A stretch of 64,000 nt of DNA from Eledone cirrhosa. Its lineage: Eukaryota. The stretch spans positions 34,286,001-34,350,000 of the forward strand of contig OZ024758.1 of assembly GCA_964016885.1 (NCBI GenBank). The letters are read 5' to 3'. Below the pieces are notes generated by a model, which was not told the origin of the DNA, searched no databases, and saw only the letters and a list, made by a program, of their open reading frames with translations. The position numbers and the translations under genes were made by a program. Of the stretch, positions 14,601 through 27,999 are shown one piece after another (positions within the stretch are counted from its first letter, which is position 1; each line of letters opens with the position of its first letter).

Positions 14601-16456
14601 CTGTTGGTGAGAATTCATTTAAGTTCATGGTACTAGCTGTCAGAAGTAACCCCAATGTTGGTGAGAATTCATTTAAGTTCATGGTATTAGCTGTCAGAAG
14701 TCACTCCAATGTTGGTGAGAATTCATTTAAGTTCGTGGTATTAGCTGTCAGAAGTAACTCCACTGTTGGTGAGAATTCATTTAAGTTCATGGTATTAGCT
14801 GTCAGAAGTAACTCCACTGTTGGTGAGAATTCATTTAAGTTCATGCTATTAGCTGTCAGAAGTAACTCCACTGTTGGTGAGAATTCATTTAAGTTCATGG
14901 TATTAGCTGTCAGAAGGAACTCCAATGTTGGTGAGAATTCATTTAAGTCATGGTACTAGCTGTCAGAAGTAACTCCACTGTTGGTGAGAATTCATTTAAG
15001 TTCATGGTATTAGCTGTCAGAAGGAACGCCACTGTTGGTGAGAATTCATTTAAGTTCATGGTACTAGCTGTCAGAAGTAACTCCACTGTTGGTGAGAATT
15101 TATTTAAGTTCATGGTACTAGCTGTCAGAAGTAACTCCACTGTTGGTGAGAATTCATTTAAGTTCATGGTATTAGCTGTCAGAAGTAACTCCACTGTTGG
15201 TGAGAATTCATTTAAGTTCATGGTACTAGTTGTCAGAAGTAACTCCACTGTTGGTAAGAATTCATTTTAGTTCATGGTATTAGTTGTCAGAAGTAACTCC
15301 ACTGTTGGTGAGAATTCATTTATGTCATGGTATTAGTTGTCAGAAGTAACTCCAATGTTGGTGAGAATTCATTTAAGTTCTTGGTACTAGCTGTCAGAAG
15401 TAACTCCACTGTTGGTGAGAATTCATTTAAGTTCATTGTATTAGCTGTCAGAAGTAACTCCACTGTTGGTGAGAATTCATTTAAGTCATGGTATTAGCTG
15501 TCAGAAGTAACTCCATTGTTGGTGAGAATTCATTTAAGTCATGGTACTAGCTGTCAGAAGTAACTCCCCTGTTGGTGAGAATTCATTTAAGTTCATGGTA
15601 CTAGCTGTCAGAAGTAACTCCACTGTTGGTGAGAATTCATTTAAGTTCATGGTACTAGCTGTCAGAAGTAACTCCACTGTTGGTGAGAATTCATTTAAGT
15701 TCATGGTACTAGCTGTCAGAAGTAACTCCACTGTTGGTGAGAATTCATTTAAGTTCATGGTATTAGTTTGTCAGAAGTAACTCCACTGTTGGTGAGAATT
15801 CATTTAAGTCATGGTATTAGTTGTCAGAAGTAACTCCAATGTTGGTGAGAATTCATTTAAGTCATGGTACTAGCTGTCAGAAGTAACTCCAATGTTGGTG
15901 AGAATTCATTTAAGTTCATGGTATTAGCTGTCAGAAGTAACTCCACTGTTGGTGAGAATTCATTTAAGTTCATGGTATTAGCTGTCAGAAGTAACTCCAC
16001 TGTTGGTGAGAAGTCATTTAAGTTCATGGTATTAGCTGTCAGAAGGAACTCCAATGTTGGTGAGAATTCATTTAAGTCATGGTACTAGCTGTCAGAAGTA
16101 ACTCCACTGTTGGTGAGAATTCATTTAAGTTCATGGTATTAGCTGTCAGAAGGAACGCCACTGTTGGTGAGAATTCATTTAAGTTCATGGTATTAGCTGT
16201 CAGAAGTAGCTCCACTGTTGGTGAGAATTCATTTAAGTTCATGGTACTAGCTGTTAGAAGTAACTCCAATGTTGGTGAGAATTCATTTAAGTTCATGGTA
16301 TTAGCTGTCAGAAGTAACTCCACTGTTGGTGAGAATTCATTTAAGTTCATGGTACTAGCTGTCAGAAGTAACTCCACTGTTGGTGAGAATTCATTTAAGT
16401 TCATGGTACTAGCTGTCAGAAGTAACTCCACTGTTGGTGAGAATTCATTTAAGTTC
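10861..16456. repeat. Direct tandem duplication of a 2798-bp (52-monomer) block: 10861-13658 and 13659-16456
   Basis: ORF starts 11451/14249, 11721/14519, 12152/14950, 12743/15541, 13066/15864 and 13281/16079 are all offset by 2798. Private variants TTTATGTC (12521/15319) and AGTAGCTCC (G at 13411/16209) are shared. Confidence 0.92.
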
Positions 16457-19400
16457 ATGGTACTAGCTGTCAGAAGTAACTCCAATGTTGGTGAGAATTC
16501 ATTTAAGTTCATGGTATTAGCTGTCAGAAGTAACTCCACTGTTGGTGAGAATTCATTTAAGTTCATGGTACTAGCTGTCAGAAGTAACTCCACTGTTGGT
16601 GAGAATTCATTTAAGTTCATGGTATTAGCTGTCAGAAGTCACTCCAATGTTGGTGAGAATTCATTTAAGTTCATGGTATTAGCTGTCAGAAGTCACTCCA
16701 CCGTTGGTGAGAATTCATTTAAGTTCATGGTACTAGCTGTCAGAAGTAACCCCAATGTTGGTGAGAATTCATTTAAGTTCATGGTATTAGCTGTCAGAAG
16801 TCACTCCAATGTTGGTGAGAATTCATTTAAGTTCGTGGTATTAGCTGTCAGAAGTAACTCCACTGTTGGTGAGAATTCATTTAAGTTCATGGTATTAGCT
16901 GTCAGAAGTAACTCCACTGTTGGTGAGAATTCATTTAAGTTCATGCTATTAGCTGTCAGAAGTAACTCCACTGTTGGTGAGAATTCATTTAAGTTCATGC
17001 TATTAGCTGTCAGAAGTAACTCCACTGTTGGTGAGAATTCATTTAAGTTCATGGTATTAGCTGTCAGAAGGAACGCCACTGTTGGTGAGAATTCATTTAA
17101 GTTCATGGTATTAGCTGTCAGAAGTAACTCCACTGTTGGTGAGAATTCATTTAAGTTCATGGTACTAGTTGTCAGAAGTAACTCCACTGTTGGTAAGAAT
17201 TCATTTTAGTTCATGGTATTAGTTGTCAGAAGTAACTCCACTGTTGGTGAGAATTCATTTAAGTCATGGTATTAGTTGTCAGAAGTAACTCCAATGTTGG
17301 TGAGAATTCATTTAAGTTCATGGTACTAGCTGTCAGAAGTAACTCCACTGTTGGTGAGAATTCATTTAAGTTCATGGTATTAGCTGTCAGAAGTAACTCC
17401 ACTGTTGGTGAGAATTCATTTAAGTCATGGTATTAGCTGTCAGAAGTAACTCCATTGTTGGTGAGAATTCATTTAAGTCATGGTACTAGCTGTCAGAAGT
17501 AACTCCAATTTTGGTGAGAATTCATTAAAGTCATGGTATTAGCTGTCAGAAGTCACTCCAATGTTGGTGAGAATTCATTTAAGTTCATGGTATTAGCTGT
17601 CAGAAGTCACTCCACTGTTGGTGAGAATTCATTTAAGTTCATGGTACTAGCTGTCAGAAGTAACCCCAATGTTGGTGAGAATTCATTTAAGTTCATGGTA
17701 TTAGCTGTCAGAAGTCACTCCAATGTTGGTGAGAATTCATTTAAGTTCATGGTATTAGCTGTCAGAAGTAACTCCACTGTTGGTGAGTATTCTTTTAAGT
17801 TCATGGTATTAGCTGTCAGAAGTAACTCCACTGTTGGTGAGAATTCATTTAAGTTCATGGTATTAGCTGTCAGAAGTAACTCCACTGTTGGTGAGAATTC
17901 ATTTAAGTTCATGGTATTAGCTGTCAGAAGTAACTCCACTGTTGGTGAGAATTCATTTAAGTTCATGGTACTAGCTGTCAGAAGTAACTCCACTGTTGGT
18001 GAGAATTCATTTAAGTTCATGGTATTAGCTGTCAGAAGTAACTCCACTGTTGGTGAGAATTCATTTAAGTTCATGGTATTAGCTGTCAGAAGTAACTCCA
18101 CTGTTGGTGAGAATTCATTTAAGTCATGGTATTAGCTGTCAGAAGTAACTCCATTGTTGGTGAGAATTCATTTAATCATGGTACTAGCTGTCAGAAGTAA
18201 CTCCCCTGTTGGTGAGAATTCATTTAAGTTCATGGTACTAGCTGTCAGAAGTAACTCCACTGTTGGTGAGAATTCATTTAAGTTCATGGTACTAGCTGTC
18301 AGAAGTAACTCCACTGTTGGTGAGAATTCATTTAAGTTCATGGTACTAGCTGTCAGAAGTAACTCCACTGTTGGTGAGAATTCATTTAAGTTCATGGTAT
18401 TAGTTTGTCAGAAGTAACTCCACTGTTGGTGAGAATTCATTTAAGTCATGGTATTAGTTGTCAGAAGTAACTCCAATGTTGGTGAGAATTCATTTAAGTC
18501 ATGGTACTAGCTGTCAGAAGTAACTCCAATGTTGGTGAGAATTCATTTAAGTTCATGGTATTAGCTCTCAGAAGTAACTCCACTGTTGGTGAGAATTCAT
18601 TTAAGTTCATGGTATTAGCTGTCAGAAGTAACTCCACTGTTGGTGAGAATTCATTTAAGTTCATGGTATTAGCTGTCAGAAGGAACTCCAATGTTGGTGA
18701 GAATTCATTTAAGTCATGGTACTAGCTGTCAGAAGTAACTCCACTGTTGGTGAGAATTCATTTAAGTTCATGGTATTAGCTGTCAGAAGGAACGCCACTG
18801 TTGGTGAGAATTCATTTAAGTTCATGGTATTAGCTGTCAGAAGTAACTCCACTGTTGGTGAGAATCCATTTAAGTTCATGGTACTAGCTGTTAGAAGTAA
18901 CTCCAATGTTGGTGAGAATTCATTTAAGTTCATGGTATTAGCTGTCAGAAGTAACTCCACTGTTGGTGAGAATTCATTTAAGTTCATGGTACTAGCTGTC
19001 AGAAGTAACTCCACTGTTGGTGAGAATTCATTTAAGTTCATGGTACTAGCTGTCAGAAGTAACTCCACTGTTGGTGAGAATTCATTTATGTTCATGGTAC
19101 TAGCTGTGAGAAGTAACTCCAATGTTGGTGAGAATTCATTTAAGTTCATGGTATTAGCTGTCAGAAGTAACTCCACTGTTGGTGAGAATTCATTTAAGTT
19201 CATGGTACTAGCTGTCAGAAGTAACTCCACTGTTGGTGAGAATTCATTTAAGTTCATGGTATTAGCTGTCAGAAGTCACTCCAATGTTGGTGAGAATTCA
19301 TTTAAGTTCATGGTATTAGCTGTCAGAAGTCACTCCACTGTTGGTGAGAATTCATTTAAGTTCATGGTACTAGCTGTCAGAAGTAACCCCAATGTTGGTG

Positions 19401-19794
19401 AGAATTCATTTAAGTTCATGGTATTAGCTGTCAGAAGTCACTCCAATGTTGGTGAGAATTCATTTAAGTTCGTGGTATTAGCTGTCAGAAGTAACTCCAC
19501 TGTTGGTGAGAATTCATTTAAGTTCATGGTATTAGCTGTCAGAAGTAACTCCACCGTTGGTGAGAATTCATTTAAGTTCATGCTATTAGCTGTCAGAAGT
19601 AACTCCACTGTTGGTGAGAATTCATTTAAGTTCATGGTATTAGCTGTCAGAAGGAACTCCAATGTTGGTGAGAATTCATTTAAGTCATGGTACTAGCTGT
19701 CAGAAGTAACTCCACTGTTGGTGAGAATTCATTTAAGTTCATGGTATTAGCTGTCAGAAGGAACGCCACTGTTGGTGAGAATTCATTTAAGTTC

Positions 19795-22700
19795 ATGGTA
19801 TTAGCTGTCAGAAGTAACTCCACTGTTGGTGAAAATTCATTTAAGTCATGGTATTAGCTGTCAGAAGTAACTCCATTGTTGGTGAGAATTCATTTAAGTC
19901 ATGGTACTAGCTGTCAGAAGTAACTCCAATTTTGGTGAGAATTCATTTAAGTTCATGGTATTAGCTGTCAGAAGTAACTCCACTGTGGGTGAGAATTCAT
20001 TTAAGTTCATGGTATTAGCTGTCAGAAGTAACTCCACTGTTGGTGAGAATTCATTTAAGTTCATGGTACTAGCTGTCAGAAGTAACTCCACTGTTGGTGA
20101 GAATTCATTTAAGTTCATGGTATTAGCTGTCAGAAGTCACTCCAATGTTGGTGAGAATTCATTTAAGTTCATGGTATTAGCTGTCAGAAGTCACTCCACT
20201 GTTGGTGAGAATTCATTTAAGTTCATGGTACTAGCTGTCAGAAGTAACCCCAATGTTGGTGAGAATTCATTTAAGTTCATGGTATTAGCTGTCAGAAGTC
20301 ACTCCAATGTTGATGAGAATTCATTTAAGTTCGTGGTATTAGCTGTCAGAAGTAACTCCACTGTTGGTGAGAATTCATTTAAGTTCATGGTATTAGCTGT
20401 CAGAAGTAACTCCACTGTTGGTGAGAATTCATTTAAGTTCATGCTATTAGCTGTCAGAAGTAACTCCACTGTTGGTGAGAATTCATTTAAGTTCATGGTA
20501 TTAGCTGTCAGAAGGAACTCCAATGTTGGTGAGAATTCATTTAAGTCATGGTACTAGCTGTCAGAAGTAACTCCACTGTTGGTGAGAATTCATTTAAGTT
20601 CATGGTATTAGCTGTCAGAAGGAACGCCACTGTTGGTGAGAATTCATTTAAGTTCATGGTATTAGTTGTCAGAAGTAACTCCACTGTTGGTGAGAATTCA
20701 TTTAAGTTCGTGGTATTAGCTGTCAGAAGTAACTCCACTGTTGGTGAGAATTCTTTTAAGTTCATGGTATTAGCTGTCAGAAGTAACTCCACTGTTGGTG
20801 AGAATTCATTTAAGTTCATGGTATTAGCTGTCAGAAGTAACTCCACTGTTGGTGAGAATTCATTTAAGTTCATGGTATTAGCTGTCAGAAGTAACTCCAC
20901 TGTTGGTGAGAATTCATTTAAGTTCATGGTACTAGCTGTCAGAAGTAACTCCACTGTTGGTGAGAATTCATTTAAGTTCATGGTATTAGCTGTCAGAAGT
21001 AACTCCACTGTTGGTGAGAATTCATTTAAGTCATGGTATTAGCTGTCAGAAGTAACTCCATTGTTGGTGAGAATTCATTTAATCATGGTACTAGCTGTCA
21101 GAAGTAACTCCCCTGTTGGTGAGAATTCATTTAAGTTCATGGTACTAGCTGTCAGAAGTAACTCCACTGTTGGTGAGAATTCATTTAAGTTCATGGTACT
21201 AGCTGTCAGAAGTAACTCCACTGTTGGTGAGAATTCATTTAAGTTCATGGTACTAGCTGTCAGAAGTAACTCCACTGTTGGTGAGAATTCATTTAAGTTC
21301 ATGGTATTAGTTTGTCAGAAGTAACTCCACTGTTGGTGAGAATTCATTTAAGTCATGGTATTAGTTGTCAGAAGTAACTCCAATGTTGGTGAGAATTCAT
21401 TTAAGTCATGGTACTAGCTGTCAGAAGTAACTCCAATGTTGGTGAGAATTCATTTAAGTTCATGGTATTAGCTCTCAGAAGTAACTCCACTGTTGGTGAG
21501 AATTCATTTAAGTTCATGGTATTAGCTGTCAGAAGTAACTCCACTGTTGGTGAGAATTCATTTAAGTTCATGGTATTAGCTGTCAGAAGTAACTCCACTG
21601 TTGGTGAGAATTCATTTAAGTTCATGGTATTAGCTGTCAGAAGGAACTCCAATGTTGGTGAGAATTCATTTAAGTCATGGTACTAGCTGTCAGAAGTAAC
21701 TCCACTGTTGGTGAGAATTCATTTAAGTTCATGGTATTAGTTGTCAGAAGTAACTCCACTGTTGGTGAGAATTCATTTAAGTTCGTGGTATTAGCTGTCA
21801 GAAGTAACTCCACTGTTGGTGAGAATTCTTTTAAGTTCATGGTATTAGCTGTCAGAAGTAACTCCACTGTTGGTGAGAATTCATTTAAGTTCATGGTATT
21901 AGCTGTCAGAAGTAACTCCACTGTTGGTGAGAATTCATTTAAGTTCATGGTATTAGCTGTCAGAAGTAACTCCACTGTTGGTGAGAATTCATTTAAGTTC
22001 ATGGTACTAGCTGTCAGAAGTAACTCCACTGTTGGTGAGAATTCATTTAAGTTCATGGTATTAGCTGTCAGAAGTAACTCCACTGTTGGTGAGAATTCAT
22101 TTAAGTTCATGGTATTAGCTGTCAGAAGTAACTCCACTGTTGGTGAGAATTCATTTAAGTCATGGTATTAGCTGTCAGAAGTAACTCCATTGTTGGTGAG
22201 AATTCATTTAATCATGGTACTAGCTGTCAGAAGTAACTCCCCTGTTGGTGAGAATTCATTTAAGTTCATGGTACTAGCTGTCAGAAGTAACTCCACTGTT
22301 GGTGAGAATTCATTTAAGTTCATGGTACTAGCTGTCAGAAGTAACTCCACTGTTGGTGAGAATTCATTTAAGTTTATGGTACTAGCTGTCAGAAGTAACT
22401 CCACTGTTGGTGAGAATTCATTTAAGTTCATGGTATTAGTTTGTCAGAAGTAACTCCACTGTTGGTGAGAATTCATTTAAGTCATGGTATTAGTTGTCAG
22501 AAGTAACTCCAATGTTGGTGAGAATTCATTTAAGTCATGGTACTAGCTGTCAGAAGTAACTCCAATGTTGGTGAAAATTCATTTAAGTTCATGGTATTAG
22601 CTCTCAGAAGTAACTCCACTGTTGGTGAGAATTCATTTAAGTTCATGGTATTAGCTGTCAGAAGTAACTCCACTGTTGGTGAGAATTCATTTAAGTTCAT

Positions 22701-25700
22701 GGTATTAGCTGTCAGAAGTAACTCCACTGTTGGTGAGAATTCATTTAAGTTCATGGTATTAGCTGTCAGAAGGAACTCCAATGTTGGTGAGAATTCATTT
22801 AAGTCATGGTACTAGCTGTCAGAAGTAACTCCACTGTTGGTGAGAATTCATTTAAGTTCATGGTATTAGCTGTCAGAAGGAACGCCACTGTTGGTGAGAA
22901 TTCATTTAAGTTCATGGTATTAGCTGTCAGAAGTAACTACACTGTTGGTGAGAATCCATTTAAGTTCATGGTACTAGCTGTTAGAAGTAACTCCAATGTT
23001 GGTGAGAATTCATTTAAGTTCATGGTATTAGCTGTCAGAAGTAACTCCACTGTTGGTGAGAATTCATTTAAGTTCATGGTACTAGCTGTCAGAAGTAACT
23101 CCACTGTTGGTGAGAATTCATTTAAGTTCATGGTACTAGCTGTCAGAAGTAACTCCACTGTTGGTGAGAATTCATTTATGTTCATGGTACTAGCTGTGAG
23201 AAGTAACTCCAATGTTGGTGAGAATTCATTTAAGTTCATGGTATTAGCTGTCAGAAGTAACTCCACTGTTGGTGAGAATTCATTTAAGTTCATGGTACTA
23301 GCTGTCAGAAGTAACCCCAATGTTGGTGAGAATTCATTTAAGTTCATGGTATTAGCTGTCAGAAGTCACTCCAATGTTGGTGAGAATTCATTTAAGTTCG
23401 TGGTATTAGCTGTCAGAAGTAACTCCACTGTTGGTGAGAATTCATTTAAGTTCATGGTATTAGCTGTCAGAAGTAACTCCACCGTTGGTGAGAATTCATT
23501 TAAGTTCATGCTATTAGCTGTCAGAAGTAACTCCACTGTTGGTGAGAATTCATTTAAGTTCATGGTATTAGCTGTCAGAAGGAACTCCAATGTTGGTGAG
23601 AATTCATTTAAGTCATGGTACTAGCTGTCAGAAGTAACTCCACTGTTGGTGAGAATTCATTTAAGTTCATGGTATTAGCTGTCAGAAGGAACGCCACTGT
23701 TGGTGAGAATTCATTTAAGTTCATGGTATTAGTTGTCAGAAGTAACTCCACTGTTGGTGAGAATTCATTTAAGTTCATGGTACTAGCTGTCAGAAGTAAC
23801 TCCACTGTTGGTGAGAATTCATTTAAGTTCATGGTATTAGCTGTCAGAAGTAACTTCACTGTTGGTGAGAATTCATTTAAGTTCATGGTACTAGTTGTCA
23901 GAAGTAACTCCACTGTTGGTAAGAATTCATTTTAGTTCATGGTATTAGTTGTCAGAAGTAACTCCACTGTTGGTGAGAATTCATTTAAGTCATGGTATTA
24001 GTTGTCAGAAGTAACTCCCATGTTGGTGAGAATTCATTTAAGTTCATGGTACTAGCTGTCAGAAGTAACTCCACTGTTGGTGAGAATTCATTTAAGTTCA
24101 TGGTATTAGCTGTCAGAAGTAACTCCACTGTTGGTGAGAATTCATTTAAGTCATGGTATTAGCTGTCAGAAGTAACTCCATTGTTGGTGAGAATTCATTT
24201 AAGTCATGGTACTAGCTGTCAGAAGTAACTCCAATTTTGGTGAGAATTCATTTAAGTTCATGGTATTAGCTGTCAGAAGTAACTCCACTGTGGGTGAGAA
24301 TTCATTTAAGTTCATGGTATTAGCTGTCAGAAGTAACTCCACTGTTGGTGAGAATTCATTTAAGTTCATGGTACTAGCTGTCAGAAGTAACTCCACTGTT
24401 GGTGAGAATTCATTTAAGTTCATGGTATTAGCTGTCAGAAGTCACTCCAATGTTGGTGAGAATTCATTTAAGTTCATGGTATTAGCTGTCAGAAGTCACT
24501 CCACTGTTGGTGAGAATTCATTTAAGTTCATGGTACTAGCTGTCAGAAGTAACCCCAATGTTGGTGAGAATTCATTTAAGTTCATGGTATTAGCTGTCAG
24601 AAGTCACTCCAATGTTGATGAGAATTCATTTAAGTTCGTGGTATTAGCTGTCAGAAGTAACTCCACTGTTGGTGAGAATTCATTTAAGTTCATGGTATTA
24701 GCTGTCAGAAGTAACTCCACTGTTGGTGAGAATTCATTTAAGTTCATGCTATTAGCTGTCAGAAGTAACTCCACTGTTGGTGAGAATTCATTTAAGTTCA
24801 TGGTATTAGCTGTCAGAAGGAACTCCAATGTTGGTGAGAATTCATTTAAGTCATGGTACTAGCTGTCAGAAGTAACTCCACTGTTGGTGAGAATTCATTT
24901 AAGTTCATGGTATTAGCTGTCAGAAGGAACGCCACTGTTGGTGAGAATTCATTTAAGTTCATGTTATTAGTTGTCAGAAGTAACTCCACTGTTGGTGAGA
25001 ATTCATTTAAGTTCGTGGTATTAGCTGTCAGAAGTAACTCCACTGTTGGTGAGAATTCTTTTAAGTTCATGGTATTAGCTGTCAGAAGTAACTCCACTGT
25101 TGGTGAGAATTCATTTAAGTTCATGGTATTAGCTGTCAGAAGTAACTCCACTGTTGGTGAGAATTCATTTAAGTTCATGGTATTAGCTGTCAGAAGTAAC
25201 TCCACTGTTGGTGAGAATTCATTTAAGTTCATGGTACTAGCTGTCAGAAGTAACTCCACTGTTGGTGAGAATTCATTTAAGTTCATGGTATTAGCTGTCA
25301 GAAGTAACTCCACTGTTGGTGAGAATTCATTTAAGTCATGGTATTAGCTGTCAGAAGTAACTCCATTGTTGGTGAGAATTCATTTAATCATGGTACTAGC
25401 TGTCAGAAGTAACTCCCCTGTTGGTGAGAATTCCTTTAAGTTCATGGTACTAGCTGTCAGAAGTAACTCCACTGTTGGTGAGAATTCATTTAAGTTCATG
25501 GTACTAGCTGTCAGAAGTAACTCCACTGTTGGTGAGAATTCATTTAAGTTCATGGTATTAGTTTGTCAGAAGTAACTCCACTGTTGGTGAGAATTCATTT
25601 AAGTCATGGTATTAGTTGTCAGAAGTAACTCCAATGTTGGTGAGAATTCATTTAAGTCATGGTACTAGCTGTCAGAAGTAACTCCAATGTTGGTGAGAAT

Positions 25701-27700
25701 TCATTTAAGTTCATGGTATTAGCTCTCAGAAGTAACTCCACTGTTGGTGAGAATTCATTTAAGTTCATGGTATTAGCTGTCAGAAGTAACTCCACTGTTG
25801 GTGAGAATTCATTTAAGTTCATGGTATTAGCTGTCAGAAGTAACTCCACTGTTGGTGAGAATTCATTTAAGTTCATGGTATTAGCTGTCAGAAGGAACTC
25901 CAATGTTGGTGAGAATTCATTTAAGTCATGGTACTAGCTGTCAGAAGTAACTCCACTGTTGGTGAGAATTCATTTAAGTTCATGGTATTAGTTGTCAGAA
26001 GTAACTCCACTGTTGGTGAGAATTCATTTAAGTTCGTGGTATTAGCTGTCAGAAGTAACTCCACTGTTGGTGAGAATTCTTTTAAGTTCATGGTATTAGC
26101 TGTCAGAAGTAACTCCACTGTTGGTGAGAATTCATTTAAGTTCATGGTATTAGCTGTCAGAAGTAACTCCACTGTTGGTGAGAATTCATTTAAGTTCATG
26201 GTATTAGCTGTCAGAAGTAACTCCACTGTTGGTGAGAATTCATTTAAGTTCATGGTACTAGCTGTCAGAAGTAACTCCACTGTTGGTGAGAATTCATTTA
26301 AGTTCATGGTATTAGCTGTCAGAAGTAACTCCACTGTTGGTGAGAATTCATTTAAGTTCATGGTATTAGCTGTCAGAAGTAACTCCACTGTTGGTGAGAA
26401 TTCATTTAAGTCATGGTATTAGCTGTCAGAAGTAACTCCACTGTTGGTGAGAATTCATTTAAGTTCATGGTATTAGCTGTCAGAAGGAACTCCAATGTTG
26501 GTGAGAATTCATTTAAGTTCATGGTACTAGCTGTCAGAAGTAACTCCACTGTTGGTGAGAATTCATTTAAGTTCATGGTATTAGTTTGTCAGAAGTAACT
26601 CCACTGTTGGTGAGAATTCATTTAAGTCATGGTATTAGTTGTCAGAAGTAACTCCAATGTTGGTGAGAATTCATTTAAGTCATGGTACTAGCTGTCAGAA
26701 GTAACTCCAATGTTGGTGAGAATTCATTTAAGTTCATGGTATTAGCTCTCAGAAGTAACTCCACTGTTGGTGAGAATTCATTTAAGTTCATGGTATTAGC
26801 TGTCAGAAGTAACTCCACTGTTGGTGAGAATTCATTTAAGTTCATGGTATTAGCTGTCAGAAGTAACTCCACTGTTGGTGAGAATTCATTTAAGTTCATG
26901 GTATTAGCTGTCAGAAGGAACTCCAATGTTGGTGAGAATTCATTTAAGTCATGGTACTAGCTGTCAGAAGTAACTCCACTGTTGGTGAGAATTCATTTAA
27001 GTTCATGGTATTAGCTGTCAGAAGGAACGCCACTGTTGGTGAGAATTCATTTAAGTTCATGGTATTAGCTGTCAGAAGTAACTCCACTGTTGGTGAGAAT
27101 CCATTTAAGTTCATGGTACTAGCTGTTAGAAGTAACTCCAATGTTGGTGAGAATTCATTTAAGTTCATGGTATTAGCTGTCAGAAGTAACTCCACTGTTG
27201 GTGAGAATTCATTTAAGTTCATGGTACTAGCTGTCAGAAGTAACTCCACTGTTGGTGAGAATTCATTTAAGTTCATGGTACTAGCTGTCAGAAGTAACTC
27301 CACTGTTGGTGAGAATTCATTTATGTTCATGGTACTAGCTGTGAGAAGTAACTCCAATGTTGGTGAGAATTCATTTAAGTTCATGGTATTAGCTGTCAGA
27401 AGTAACTCCACTGTTGGTGAGAATTCATTTAAGTTCATGGTACTAGCTGTCAGAAGTAACCCCAATGTTGGTGAGAATTCATTTAAGTTCATGGTATTAG
27501 CTGTCAGAAGTCACTCCAATGTTGGTGAGAATTCATTTAAGTTCGTGGTATTAGCTGTCAGAAATAACTCCACTGTTGGTGAGAATTCATTTAAGTTCAT
27601 GGTATTAGCTGTCAGAAGTAACTCCACCGTTGGTGAGAATTCATTTAAGTTCATGCTATTAGCTGTCAGAAGTAACTCCACTGTTGGTGAGAATTCATTT
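19795..27700. repeat. Large imperfect duplication, offset 4305 bp (80 monomers), shrinking to 4251 and 4145 bp through monomer loss
   Basis: ORF starts 19901/24206, 20548/24853 and 21061/25366 (4305), 21408/25659 and 21677/25928 (4251), 22537/26682 and 22806/26951 (4145). The copies share ACTGTGGGT and GTTGATGAG variants. Confidence 0.85.
20656..22859. repeat. Nested tandem duplication, offset ~1129 bp (21 monomers)
   Basis: ORF starts 21061/22190, 21408/22537 and 21677/22806. Both copies carry the TTCTTTT variant and the 52-bp TTTAATC monomer. Confidence 0.8.
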
Positions 27701-27999
27701 AAGTTCATGGTATTAGCTGTCAGAAGTAACTCCACTGTTGGTGAGAATTCATTTAAGTTCATGGTATTAGCTGTCAGAAGTCACTCCACTGTTGGTGAGA
27801 ATTCATTTAAGTTCATGGTACTAGCTGTCAGAAGTAACCCCAATGTTGGTGAGAATTCATTTAAGTTCATGGTATTAGCTGTCAGAAGTCACTCCAATGT
27901 TGATGAGAATTCATTTAAGTTCGTGGTATTAGCTGTCAGAAGTAACTCCACTGTTGGTGAGAATTCATTTAAGTTCATGGTATTAGCTGTCAGAAGTAA

